Shown: positions 54,701-63,926 of the stretch, one piece after another | Numbering within the stretch: position 1 is the stretch's first letter | Layout of the letters: each line of letters begins with the position of its first letter | Source: a virus | Reading direction: 5' to 3' (one strand) | Virus record (IMG/VR): IMGVR_UViG_3300009703_000010 | Span: 1-64,000 of that record | Length of the DNA: 64,000 bases | Notes under the pieces: model-generated | Database searches by the model: none | What the model saw: only the letters and a program-made list of their open reading frames with translations | Told to the model about the DNA's origin: nothing | Translations under genes and position numbers: made by a program

Positions 54701-54937
54701 CAAGACAGTTATTCTGATCCGGTAATCTGGATCCTCCGATTTTCAACGCGCCTGCTCTTGGACTATGAGGTTCAGTTCCCCACGTTCAAATGTTGCCCGC
54801 CGGTTAAACCGACACCTCGAGCCACGCTCGGGTAATTTGTCCGACCCCATGTGTCCTCATATACTTTCTGTCAGGAAGAGTATCCCCGCATAGTGAATTA
54901 CACCGTCTTCATAGGGGTGGGGGTAGAAGGCACTGTT

Positions 54938-56317
54938 ATGGCGAAGAAAAAGACTACGACCGGCTTGCCCAAAATTGCGGCACAAAGACTTGCACCCTAC
55001 ATCGAACGTGGAAAACAGAAAGGGCTGTGGAATGATGATTCCACTGTTCTTGACCTTTTCAATGAAAAGGCGGGGGATCAAACCCTGAAGTCCACCGTTG
55101 AAGAACTCGGCGGACTCAAGAGCGATATTGCGGTTCAATTTATCGCTGACGCCGTCTTGGTTGATCTGACCGACATCCTCCGCCGCACCCCCTATGATAC
55201 ACAAATTGAGGTGTGGGAGGTTAGCCACACTATCATTCCATCCACAGGGAGACCTGCTTGCTTTGTTTCCGGTGCAGCCACTGTATCGGATGAACAGGGC
55301 ACAATGGAACCCGCCATGTTCACAATGTCGCTGTGGGATAACGACGCTGCGCTCGGAGATGATCTTGAGAGGGATGGCGTGTATGGAGTAAACCTAACCT
55401 GCAAAGATCTGGACCGGGATGTTCTGATTCTTGAACCCATCAGTGGCCTCACCAAGTTCGAGCGCGGATCCGGAAAGTTCGGCAACCGTGCCGATCTCTT
55501 GCGTGAGTCCTTCGACATCACACCGATTGCCGAACTCGAGGACAACATCTCGAGAGGGCTGTTCGATTTCAGACTCGTCGAAGCAACCGTTGTCTTCGCT
55601 GGCGTCCAGCCCACAAAGGCCGGCGGACAATTCGGCCGCATTATGCTCAGAGATGATTCGGGGCTCGCCAATATCGAAGAAGAAGAAGGCGAATTGGTTC
55701 TTACAGGCATTACCTCCACCGATATCGCAACCCGCTTCGGCAAGTATTCGAAAATCCTTGCGCTCATGACTTGCCAAGAGAGTGCCAAGTATGGATTGAA
55801 TTGCAATGTGAAGGCTGCTGAAGCAGTTATTCTCGTTGCGCCGGCCACCGCCACCAAAGCCGCTGCAAGTGGAGATGATGATGGAGATGATGCTTCCAAT
55901 TACTTCGCAGGCGATGATGAAGAGATTCCTGAAGTCAGCCTCGAAGACGAGGAAGAAGACGAGGAAGAAGAAATTGACACCGATGCAGACCCCGAAGGGG
56001 TTGTTGAAGAAGTCGAGGATGAAGAAGAACCGGATGATACACCTCTAACCGATACCGCCGATGATGATGATGATTGGGTGGATGATGATGATGGTTGGGA
56101 TGATGATGACGATAAGGCCGCGGACGAACCTAAAGAGGCAAGCCACCCGGACGAATCCGATTCACCCCCGACCATGACTATCGCAGAAGCAAAGAAAATG
56201 TCGGTTGCGAACCTCCGTGCATACTGCCGCGAGAATAAAGTGGAAGTCGATGATCTCGGCCATGCTCGCAAGGGCGAGATTCTTGACGCACTTGATGATG
56301 CGAACCTTTTGGAGTGA
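54938..56317 (+). CDS. putative ssDNA-binding (OB-fold) protein with a long acidic tail and a C-terminal SAP/HeH motif
   Basis: It is trimmed to MAKKKTTTG. It has a D/E-rich segment of about 80 aa followed by MTIAEAKKMSVANLRAYCRENKVEVDDLGHARKGEILDAL. It precedes the recombinase-like ATPase. Confidence 0.4.
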   Translation: MAKKKTTTGLPKIAAQRLAPYIERGKQKGLWNDDSTVLDLFNEKAGDQTLKSTVEELGGLKSDIAVQFIADAVLVDLTDILRRTPYDTQIEVWEVSHTIIPSTGRPACFVSGAATVSDEQGTMEPAMFTMSLWDNDAALGDDLERDGVYGVNLTCKDLDRDVLILEPISGLTKFERGSGKFGNRADLLRESFDITPIAELEDNISRGLFDFRLVEATVVFAGVQPTKAGGQFGRIMLRDDSGLANIEEEEGELVLTGITSTDIATRFGKYSKILALMTCQESAKYGLNCNVKAAEAVILVAPATATKAAASGDDDGDDASNYFAGDDEEIPEVSLEDEEEDEEEEIDTDADPEGVVEEVEDEEEPDDTPLTDTADDDDDWVDDDDGWDDDDDKAADEPKEASHPDESDSPPTMTIAEAKKMSVANLRAYCRENKVEVDDLGHARKGEILDALDDANLLE

Positions 56318-56323
56318 TCATGA

Positions 56324-57220
56324 ATGTCGGCAGCACGCAAGTCCAAGAAGAAGGGTGCCGCTCGTTTTGATGCCCTGATTGCGGGCTGTGAGAATGGGGG
56401 GGAGATGGAACCCCCTGCACGATCAATCAAGGCTCGTGGTTTCAGCGGCGGTGGTAAGACCCACTTCGCACTCACTTACTTTGCGCATGAAGCGAAGGGT
56501 AAAGATCCGGAAGCGTGCCTGATGGCGATCATCGATTGTGACTTCGAGGGACAACAGGAATTGATTCTTCGAGACACCATCATCCCGCCTGAATATAGGT
56601 CATCTATTATTCGCAAGGTCTGCACACAACCCGAAGACGTGGGTGAATATGCTCGAGCCTTCATCTATGCAATGCGAGAGCATGCAAAGAAGTATCCCGA
56701 TGGCACCCGTATTATTCTCATGGAAAATGAGGGCTCTTACTATCTGCAATGCAGGGATAAATATAGCCTCGAAGTTCATGGTATGACCGAAGGCGAACTT
56801 CTTCTGGATCGGCAAAAGGCCGCAATCTCACAGGGCAAGAAAACGCTACCCACATACGAAGAAGGACAAATGCACGCTTACAAAGTAATCAACAAAATGT
56901 TCTCAGACCCATTCTACCGGCTGAAGTTGGCCTGCAACGAGGTCGGCTTCGATTTCATTTCAACAGTTCTTCTTCGGGAGTTCACCGAGAACTATGGGAC
57001 ACCACAGGCGAAGAAAGAAGTCAAGGCGCAAGGCCGACCCGACCTCACAGATCCACTCTTCGATTGGATTGTTGATTTTGAGGTTCGACAGCGGACGCGA
57101 AGTGGCAACCTACAGACCCAGCATTTATGTGTGGTCAGGAAAAGTCGTGAATGCAAACCATTCCGACTCCCTAACCCATCGCAGGAACGCTTTTGGGCCG
57201 CCGTTAAGAAGCAGGGTTGA
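56324..57220 (+). CDS. RecA-fold AAA ATPase, Sak4-like recombination protein
   Basis: It has Walker A FSGGGKTHF, is about 300 aa, and lies between an SSB-like gene and a Cas4-like nuclease gene. Confidence 0.55.
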   Translation: MSAARKSKKKGAARFDALIAGCENGGEMEPPARSIKARGFSGGGKTHFALTYFAHEAKGKDPEACLMAIIDCDFEGQQELILRDTIIPPEYRSSIIRKVCTQPEDVGEYARAFIYAMREHAKKYPDGTRIILMENEGSYYLQCRDKYSLEVHGMTEGELLLDRQKAAISQGKKTLPTYEEGQMHAYKVINKMFSDPFYRLKLACNEVGFDFISTVLLREFTENYGTPQAKKEVKAQGRPDLTDPLFDWIVDFEVRQRTRSGNLQTQHLCVVRKSRECKPFRLPNPSQERFWAAVKKQG

Positions 57221-57230
57221 GGATGATTAA

Positions 57231-58415
57231 ATGCGGGTTCCATATCTCAGTGCAACACGCCTGAAAATGATAAGCAATTGCACGCTTGCCTATCAAATGC
57301 AGTATGATCCGCCTTCACAAGAAGCACGGGCACTCAAAGAAGTCGCCAATCATCCCGGTAATATGGCGGCGGCATTTCTCGGAACCAATCTCCACAATGC
57401 CCTCGAAGAATGGCGGCGACCCGATCCTGAAACCGGGCGTGCCCCGAAGCCCCGTCTCAAGCGTCTCCTTGAACTTTACAAAGAGGAGAGCGCCAAGAAT
57501 GTCATCCCTGCCAATATGTATGATGATGGCCTTCGAATGTTGAAGCGATGGTTTGACCGGCGGGGTAAAGATCCTGTCCGGGTATTACAGGTGGAGCAAG
57601 CATTTGGATCACACCGAGCACCCTACAAAACCAAAAACGGCACACCCGTCTTTGGGTTCATCGATTTGGTATTGGAGCACAAAGACGGGACGATTGAACT
57701 TCTTGATTACAAATCACAACGCGCACCCATCACACAGGCCGAAGCAGATCATGATGTTCAAGCAGGCATGTATCTCGCTGTGGCTCGTGAGATATGGCCT
57801 GACCGCCCTCTTATTTTCACATTCGATTTGCTGCGGTATGGAACCGTGTCGACTGTATGGCCTGAAGATCGCATTGAGTCATTCTCCGATTGGTTGGATG
57901 TGCAATACACATACATCACTTCACTTAAAACGGGGGTTGCCACAATAGGATCGTCCTGCCAATACTGCGCATACCAAGGCATCTGTCCCCGCGTGGATGA
58001 ACTCAAGAGCGAAGACCTATGGGATACGGTGCTGAGTGCCTCGTGGGTGGATGATAATCAAATGCTCGGCGAACTTCAAACCATCAAGCATTCACAGGCA
58101 ATTCTCAACAAAGCCCGAACCAAAATCGAGGACGAGATCAAGTCTCGTCTTGCTGGGGTTGATCCGGACGAAGCGGGTATCGAAACCGATGATTGGATAC
58201 TCAAATGGGGAACCAATGAACGGCGCGAGTATGTCCCGCATGAACTTCAAAGGCATGTGCCACCTACAGTCTTCGGACAGGTGGTGACTGTCAGCAAGTC
58301 AAAGTTAGACCGGGCGAAGGAAGTTCTCGATGAACAGACGGTGCGGGATATTGAAGACTCGGCGGTGGTTAAATACGGCCGGCGGCTCTCTATACGCAAG
58401 AGGCCGGATGTATGA
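57231..58415 (+). CDS. PD-(D/E)xK exonuclease, Cas4/RecB-like, with an Fe-S Cys cluster
   Basis: FIDLVLEHKDGTIELLDYK is the D...ExK motif. The C-terminal cluster is SSCQYCAYQGICP. Confidence 0.75.
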   Translation: MRVPYLSATRLKMISNCTLAYQMQYDPPSQEARALKEVANHPGNMAAAFLGTNLHNALEEWRRPDPETGRAPKPRLKRLLELYKEESAKNVIPANMYDDGLRMLKRWFDRRGKDPVRVLQVEQAFGSHRAPYKTKNGTPVFGFIDLVLEHKDGTIELLDYKSQRAPITQAEADHDVQAGMYLAVAREIWPDRPLIFTFDLLRYGTVSTVWPEDRIESFSDWLDVQYTYITSLKTGVATIGSSCQYCAYQGICPRVDELKSEDLWDTVLSASWVDDNQMLGELQTIKHSQAILNKARTKIEDEIKSRLAGVDPDEAGIETDDWILKWGTNERREYVPHELQRHVPPTVFGQVVTVSKSKLDRAKEVLDEQTVRDIEDSAVVKYGRRLSIRKRPDV

Positions 58416-58750
58416 GTAAGGATGAGACTCGTAAACGTGCCCGGAGACTTGGTAACCAGCGAGTCAAAAAAGTGTGGGAAGCAATGATTGAATATGGTGC
58501 TGTTCTCCCTGACGGAGACCCAATGACGACCGAAGGAATCCATGCAGCAACGGGTAAAATGTTCTCGATGCAACAATTATCGAATCACCTATCCAAGAAG
58601 CCACAATTCACACGAATTGGAACCAAGCGAATACCTGAACAATTCGGATCACAGACTTATCCGGTTGCACTTTGGCTTGCTGATCCAGACGCATACGACC
58701 CCCCTGCGGCTTCGAAACAGAGCGATGAAGAATACGTCGACCCTGAATAA
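58412..58750 (+). CDS. winged-helix DNA-binding protein (paralogue of 45467..45754)
   Basis: It shares the motif MQQLSNHLSKKPQFTRIG with its paralogue and overlaps the upstream gene by 4 nt. Confidence 0.5.
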   Translation: MSKDETRKRARRLGNQRVKKVWEAMIEYGAVLPDGDPMTTEGIHAATGKMFSMQQLSNHLSKKPQFTRIGTKRIPEQFGSQTYPVALWLADPDAYDPPAASKQSDEEYVDPE

Positions 58751-58857
58751 TAGGGGCGACCTTTCCCGGACGGGGCATGACATTCGGCAGGCAAGCACCC
58801 ACGTCTCCACCTACTTTTTCTCTAATCCCCCTACGGGGGGTTGACACTAAACTACCG

Positions 58858-58866
58858 TTCATATAG
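58858..58866 (+). promoter_or_regulatory. TATA-like box TTCATATAG, 21 nt upstream of the ATG at 58887
   Basis: It is the same 9-mer at the same spacing as at 20768, followed by GTGTCAGGG. Confidence 0.5.
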
Positions 58867-58886
58867 AACAATAGTGTCAGGGATTC

Positions 58887-59351
58887 ATGGTCGAAAGCCA
58901 CCCCACCAGCGCATCCGGCCCAATGAGTGGAATATATGACGAATTGAAAAGGCAATCGCGGATTCGCGGAGAGCGAGATGATTGCTCCGTTATCACCGCC
59001 GCCGTTTTGTGTGGAGTGTCTTATGATGAGGCGCATGATGCCTTGAAAGAATGCGGTCGTTCATTTGGAAAGTGTGTTGATGATGACACTCTCGTCCGTG
59101 CGCTTTATTTGTTAGACTATATCGCACTCCGTATTCCCACCCGTCAAGTATCATGGGCGACTTCGGATGATTTGCGATTGTATGATGAAAAAACAACCAG
59201 CGGCTTGAGCGGCAAATTACCCACAAACGAAATGTATTTCATCAGAACCACAAGCCACTTCGCACCAGCAAAGAACGGCATCATTGATGATTGGTCGGCA
59301 ACTCGTAAATTGAGAATCAATCACATATACAAATTGTTTAAGCGAGAATGA
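58887..59351 (+). CDS. putative papain-like cysteine peptidase
   Basis: It is 154 aa with DDCSVITAAVLCG (candidate Cys) and TTSHFAPAKNGIIDDW (candidate His/Asp). Confidence 0.35.
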   Translation: MVESHPTSASGPMSGIYDELKRQSRIRGERDDCSVITAAVLCGVSYDEAHDALKECGRSFGKCVDDDTLVRALYLLDYIALRIPTRQVSWATSDDLRLYDEKTTSGLSGKLPTNEMYFIRTTSHFAPAKNGIIDDWSATRKLRINHIYKLFKRE

Positions 59352-59485
59352 AAGGGTGAGATCCATTACTAAAGAAACCTATACAATCGACGGGCAGGAT
59401 TATTCCTGTATTGATGCTGAATGGGCTATGCGCACTTCAGCGGGACTACCAATCATACTTCTTCGCCCTGCTGATGGATATTAGT

Positions 59486-59600
59486 GTTTAACGCCCGTTA
59501 ACGCCCCATAGGCCGCGTCTAACCTCCTTTGCCCCCCCAATCCCCACGAGGGTGCCAAATGGCCGTATACGCGCGGCATAGGCTCCGCACTCTAATCTAC
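59486..59600 (+). repeat. dispersed intergenic repeat, copy F (rearranged)
   Basis: GTTTAACGCCCGTTAACGCCCCATAGGCCGCG aligns with the start of copy A. GGCCGTATACGCGCGGCATAGGCTCCGC aligns with copies C and E. Confidence 0.55.
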
Positions 59601-60155
59601 CGGTTCTGTGTTGTAACAATCGTGCCGATCAAGGATAGGAAGAAGAGGCAAGCATATCAAAAGCGGTATCAGAAGACCTACTACGAGAAGAATAGAGCCG
59701 CACGGATGAAGCAGATCAACGAGCGCAAGAAGGCCATACGTAAATGGTTCGCTGAACTGAAAGAGGATATGTGTTGCCACATCTGCGGGTATTCGGGCAA
59801 GGGTCGGCCGTGGTCGATTGAACTTGATCACCGAGAACCCTACAAGAAGACTGAGATGGTCTCATACTTGGTTTCCTGTGGATACAGCAAGAAGCGTATA
59901 CTCGCCGAGACATTGAAGTGTGATCCGATATGTGCGAATTGTCACCGGGAGAAGCACTACGCAGAGCACGCATCAGATCCAGAGAACTCGCTTTGGGCGG
60001 TTTCCGGTCGTATCGGTCGACACCCCGATATGCCGCTTGATGGGAACAAACTCCACAAATCGAATCGTAACCGTAAACGCAGAGCGCAAATAAAGAGAAC
60101 CCGAGCCGGGCGGGATGATGATAGTGTGCCCGGACCAAATCCAAAAGAGAAGTGA
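59529..60155 (+). CDS. HNH endonuclease (true start probably the GTG at 59622)
   Basis: It contains CCHICGYS...ELDHREP...CANCHREKH. The first 31 codons lie inside the intergenic repeat. Confidence 0.75.
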   Translation: MPPQSPRGCQMAVYARHRLRTLIYRFCVVTIVPIKDRKKRQAYQKRYQKTYYEKNRAARMKQINERKKAIRKWFAELKEDMCCHICGYSGKGRPWSIELDHREPYKKTEMVSYLVSCGYSKKRILAETLKCDPICANCHREKHYAEHASDPENSLWAVSGRIGRHPDMPLDGNKLHKSNRNRKRRAQIKRTRAGRDDDSVPGPNPKEK

Positions 60156-61003
60156 TGACACCCCCTTCATATTGGTGGGGGTGCGAGTGGGATTACATGG
60201 GCGACACACCAAATACGCTAACGAGCATGAATGTTGAATTGACCGTGAAGGCAAAGAGTCTGCGTGACCTGCTGGATCATGTAAACGTCAATGGGATGAT
60301 TGATCCTGTGAAAGTAATGTTTACAGTCAAGGGGGCAACCGTATGGGCGCATGATGCCAATAAGACACTACAGGTGTTTGTGAATGATCATCCACTTGAA
60401 GACTACGATCTGAAGTCAGAGCCCGGTTGTCTGATCATGGAAACCAAGCGAGTCAGCGAGATGATCGCAAGCAAGTTCGGTTCTGAAATCATCACCGTCA
60501 GGGCGAAGTCGGGGGAGGCTGTAACCCTCAAATGCGGTGGCGCAACACTCACTTACTATCCTCCGGCCGAAGACGAATGCTTTGTTGTGCCGGATCATTG
60601 GGTCATGCCGATGGGTAATGATGGATCGTTGCTGTATCCAATGTTGGAAAACGCGAAGGCAACCCTGCGCTGTGCGATGCACCCTGATGAATTGAAGAAG
60701 GCATTGGTTGATATGCGTGTAGCGGGTGCGACCTACGCTTGCATCAAGTTCGGCAAGAAGGATTCGGTTTCAGAGGCCGGGCATTGGACAGCCAAAACCA
60801 ATACCAGCCTGACCCCAATCGATGCGAAAGTGATTGAAGGCACCGGCACCGTAACATTTCCTGAAGTCCTCTCGGCGGTGGTTGAGAGGCTGAATGGCGA
60901 TACTGTTGAGATTCATAAGCATGATGATACTCCGTTCTTTGTGTTAATATCGGGCCCAACACGAATCCTCGTTACTGAAGCGCAGAGGGCTGACAATGAC
61001 TAA
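60152..61003 (+). CDS. putative sliding clamp (PCNA-like); start uncertain (60197 or 60227)
   Basis: It is about 255-283 aa, acidic and beta-rich, and lies within the replication block. The call is by size and context only. Confidence 0.3.
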   Translation: MMTPPSYWWGCEWDYMGDTPNTLTSMNVELTVKAKSLRDLLDHVNVNGMIDPVKVMFTVKGATVWAHDANKTLQVFVNDHPLEDYDLKSEPGCLIMETKRVSEMIASKFGSEIITVRAKSGEAVTLKCGGATLTYYPPAEDECFVVPDHWVMPMGNDGSLLYPMLENAKATLRCAMHPDELKKALVDMRVAGATYACIKFGKKDSVSEAGHWTAKTNTSLTPIDAKVIEGTGTVTFPEVLSAVVERLNGDTVEIHKHDDTPFFVLISGPTRILVTEAQRADND

Positions 61004-61244
61004 TGGCGACCTATATGATCCAAAGGCCGGTAAATTAGATGTCCCCGGAGCCGAAGAAGCACTTGGTATTGACGAATCAAGCCGCGAATATCTCCGGCAT
61101 GTTGCACTGATACGAATCATACAGCAGCGACTTGATATCACCGAAGCAGAAGTTGACCAACAATATGAGGAAGAACTCAAGCAACAGTTACGGGACGCGC
61201 GAGACTCCATTGAATCCCTCGTGAGGGGGGGTTTGGATGAGTGA
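60996..61244 (+). CDS. hypothetical acidic helical protein
   Basis: It is an 82-aa ORF that overlaps both neighbours by 8 nt. Confidence 0.45.
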   Translation: MTNGDLYDPKAGKLDVPGAEEALGIDESSREYLRHVALIRIIQQRLDITEAEVDQQYEEELKQQLRDARDSIESLVRGGLDE

Positions 61245-61707
61245 TACGAGAAAGCGATACGTCACTTGGACAGAATTATTTAACCGGTGCAGGTTGCTTG
61301 CAGAGCAAATCCACGAGAATGGTGAGCCCGTTCATCTCACAGCGATTGCACGAGGCGGCTGGGTTCCTGCACGGTTGATCGGTGGGTATCTCGAGGCACA
61401 GGGAATCCGCGTCAGTTACAGCACTATCCACGTTCATTCATATGATGATTCAAACCAACAGAAGGCGGTGACCATCACTGAACCTCAAATCTATGAGCCA
61501 CCACATAGTGAACAGTGGTGGCTCATAGATGATTTGGTTGATAGTGGAAATACCGTTGAAGCACTTCTGACAGAAATATACAGAACCCCTCGTCTTGCTG
61601 TTGTGTTCTACAAAACCGAATCATCAGTTACTCCTGAATTGTATGCTGAAATGACCGCCGCTGATGAGTGGATTGTATTCCCCTATGAGACGGAGGCACG
61701 TGAATGA
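61237..61707 (+). CDS. gpt: xanthine-guanine phosphoribosyltransferase-like protein
   Basis: YVTWTEL..., IARGGWVPARL, SYD..NQQ and the PRPP-binding motif WLIDDLVDSGNT are collinear with E. coli Gpt as I recall it. Confidence 0.7.
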   Translation: MSDTRKRYVTWTELFNRCRLLAEQIHENGEPVHLTAIARGGWVPARLIGGYLEAQGIRVSYSTIHVHSYDDSNQQKAVTITEPQIYEPPHSEQWWLIDDLVDSGNTVEALLTEIYRTPRLAVVFYKTESSVTPELYAEMTAADEWIVFPYETEARE

Positions 61708-62165
61708 GACTGAGCCCTAATTTCTTTTCAACCAAGACCTACGGTCATGAAAGGGGTTTATCCTGCGCATTCAGACAATGGAAAGCGGATAGCCACTGCA
61801 ATCTACTACACGGCTATTCCCTCTCATTCTCATTCACCTTTGGTGGATATGTTCTCGATGAAACGAATTGGGTTGTCGACTTTGGTGACCTGAAGCCGTT
61901 GGAGCAATGGTTGAGAGATAACTTCGACCATACAACAGCAGTCGCATACACTGACCCGCACTACGGCATGTTCACCGAGATGTCTGAAAAGGGACTCATC
62001 GATATGGTTCCTGTCGCGGCAACCGGGTGCGAGATGTTTGCATTGATGGCATTCGACTTCGCCACCGATTTGATCGCTAAGAAGTATGGTGAGCGATGCT
62101 GGGTCGAGAGTGTTGAAGTTCGTGAGCACGGCGCAAATAGTGCCATCGTCAAGAGGTTGGACTGA
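61704..62165 (+). CDS. queD: 6-carboxytetrahydropterin synthase (QueD/PTPS family)
   Basis: It contains TYGHERGLSCAFRQW..SHCNLLHGYSL..VVDFGDLK..FDHT. Note HGY where the E. coli enzyme has HGH. Confidence 0.7.
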   Translation: MRLSPNFFSTKTYGHERGLSCAFRQWKADSHCNLLHGYSLSFSFTFGGYVLDETNWVVDFGDLKPLEQWLRDNFDHTTAVAYTDPHYGMFTEMSEKGLIDMVPVAATGCEMFALMAFDFATDLIAKKYGERCWVESVEVREHGANSAIVKRLD

Positions 62166-62166
62166 G

Positions 62167-62910
62167 ATGGTTAATTATTACTCATCCTACTATCAGCATA
62201 TGAGTTACCCTCGTATCATTGCCACAATGGATTCGTTCCGCATGGTCGAGACCGGTGAGGTCAACCCCGGCTCAAGTGGATCTACCGTTCAATCACTAAT
62301 CATCGATTCGGGGATACTAACCGAGAAGACCGATGCGGATGTTACCCGGCTCATCGGGATCCAGAAAAAGCACGCTGACATTTGCGTCCCCCCTGATGAG
62401 TTTGAGGATGTGGAAGCAACCGTTGAGAATACAATTGATTGGCTTGACCGATCAGGATTCACCCCCGATGAAGTCATATTCCCCCTGCAAGGCAAGACCC
62501 CCGAAGACTATCTGCGATGCCTTGATATGTTGATTGCTGAAGGGGTGGAGCCTCAGTATGTGGGACTTGGTGGATTGATAGTCAAGACGGTTGCGCAATG
62601 CAGGCCCATTATCAATCTCACACCCACTCTACGCAAACGGGGACTCGACGTGCACCTCTTTGGTCTTGGCATCAATTGGATCAATGATATTCGCAGACTG
62701 CAACCGACTTCATGGGATAGTTCACACTCTGTCCGATTGGCAATCGATGGGATAATGTTGAATCGAGATCTCAGCAAACGCCCCGACATGAGGGGCATTG
62801 GTGCATGGGAGAGGCTTGCGATTGCCTATTGGAACAACCATCAAATTGAGAAGTATATTGCTGCACCATGGACCGCGACACGTATGGGGGACTTTGGAAA
62901 TGGATCATGA
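62167..62910 (+). CDS. dpdA: DpdA-like DNA 7-deazaguanine transglycosylase (TGT superfamily)
   Basis: ORF 62086..62910 is trimmed to MVNYYSS at 62167, just after the QueD stop. IIDSGILT, VGLGGL, HLFGLG and WDSS strings appear in TGT/DpdA-like order. Confidence 0.55.
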   Translation: MVNYYSSYYQHMSYPRIIATMDSFRMVETGEVNPGSSGSTVQSLIIDSGILTEKTDADVTRLIGIQKKHADICVPPDEFEDVEATVENTIDWLDRSGFTPDEVIFPLQGKTPEDYLRCLDMLIAEGVEPQYVGLGGLIVKTVAQCRPIINLTPTLRKRGLDVHLFGLGINWINDIRRLQPTSWDSSHSVRLAIDGIMLNRDLSKRPDMRGIGAWERLAIAYWNNHQIEKYIAAPWTATRMGDFGNGS

Positions 62911-63139
62911 TACCATTCGAACCGCCTTCATGTTAACCGTCTCCGGCACGGATGAGGAATTACAGGAGACGCTGATCGGTCGACAAATCCACGCAGGCAT
63001 GATATGTCCGAAGGGATTTAGTGAAGGCGAATGGGCGGTGTCCGTGGTTCCGATTGGTATTGTCGAGTCTTATGAACGGATGCAGGGTATGTTGAAAGTC
63101 ACGGTGGCCTTGCTTCATGGTGAGGTGGACAAAGTATGA
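62900..63139 (+). CDS. hypothetical protein
   Basis: ORF 62798..63139 is trimmed to MDHDTIRT, which overlaps the DpdA stop. Confidence 0.4.
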   Translation: MDHDTIRTAFMLTVSGTDEELQETLIGRQIHAGMICPKGFSEGEWAVSVVPIGIVESYERMQGMLKVTVALLHGEVDKV

Positions 63140-63339
63140 GTTACGTTATCGCCAAGCGTTCAGACAATACCGATTCGCTCGACTACCATCTATGGAGAGA
63201 GGGGGCGAAAGTGGTTCGCTTCGAGACACAATTCGACGCCATCGCCTACTTCTCTGAATTGGTATTGCGCTTCGGATCTGACAACTTACTCTTATTGAAG
63301 GAGATTTCAGTCTCAGTGGACGTGCAGGTGGAACAATGA
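63136..63339 (+). CDS. hypothetical protein
   Basis: It is a 67-aa ORF with 4-nt overlaps at both ends. Confidence 0.45.
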   Translation: MSYVIAKRSDNTDSLDYHLWREGAKVVRFETQFDAIAYFSELVLRFGSDNLLLLKEISVSVDVQVEQ

Positions 63340-63917
63340 CGGTTACAGATAACTTCAGAGAGATGTTCAATCTCCCGGATGAGCAACAAATGGAAACTTG
63401 GAATGGTCTCCTTACCTTGATGGATGAAGGGGGTGCTATCCTATGCGCTGCGGTTCCTGATATCGATTGGCTTTCGAAGACAATGCCACGTCTTGCGCTT
63501 GAGCATTTGAAGGCCGGTGTTGTCGAAGGCAATTGGACACAATGGGCGATCAATGGTCTCACTAAGAAGCCGGTGAATTACCAACAGGTTGACCTGTCTC
63601 AAATGGTGAAACGCATCAACCGATGGGGTAAAGAACAGGGGACCCGGCGATTGTGTGCTGGAGATTTTATTTGTCTACCAAACGGTTCAACCCGCTTCTC
63701 GTGGGGGTATGAGGTTGGAGTGATGACCGATGTTGCTACCCATGTATTCGATGAAGATCCGATTGTGTGGATCCCAAATCTCCCTCTCCCCGCCGCCATA
63801 CTATCGCAAGACCGGAAGCATGCGGTATTCTTCGCACCAATGATCGGTGAGGGTGAAGAGACACCCCTCATTACTCAGGTCAAGGCTACGGCATCCTTCG
63901 AGGGGTTCTTCTCTTGA
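63336..63917 (+). CDS. hypothetical protein
   Basis: It is a 193-aa ORF. Confidence 0.5.
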   Translation: MTVTDNFREMFNLPDEQQMETWNGLLTLMDEGGAILCAAVPDIDWLSKTMPRLALEHLKAGVVEGNWTQWAINGLTKKPVNYQQVDLSQMVKRINRWGKEQGTRRLCAGDFICLPNGSTRFSWGYEVGVMTDVATHVFDEDPIVWIPNLPLPAAILSQDRKHAVFFAPMIGEGEETPLITQVKATASFEGFFS

Positions 63918-63926
63918 GGGTATGCC

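Noticed and set aside
32846-58846. Reading TTGACA strings (32846, 37853, 58841) as bacterial sigma70 -35 boxes.
   Set aside because: No consistent -10 element lies 16-18 bp downstream. The conserved feature is instead an A/T-rich box at a fixed 21-23 nt from the start codon, on whichever strand the gene lies. That geometry fits archaeal TATA-dependent leaderless transcription better.
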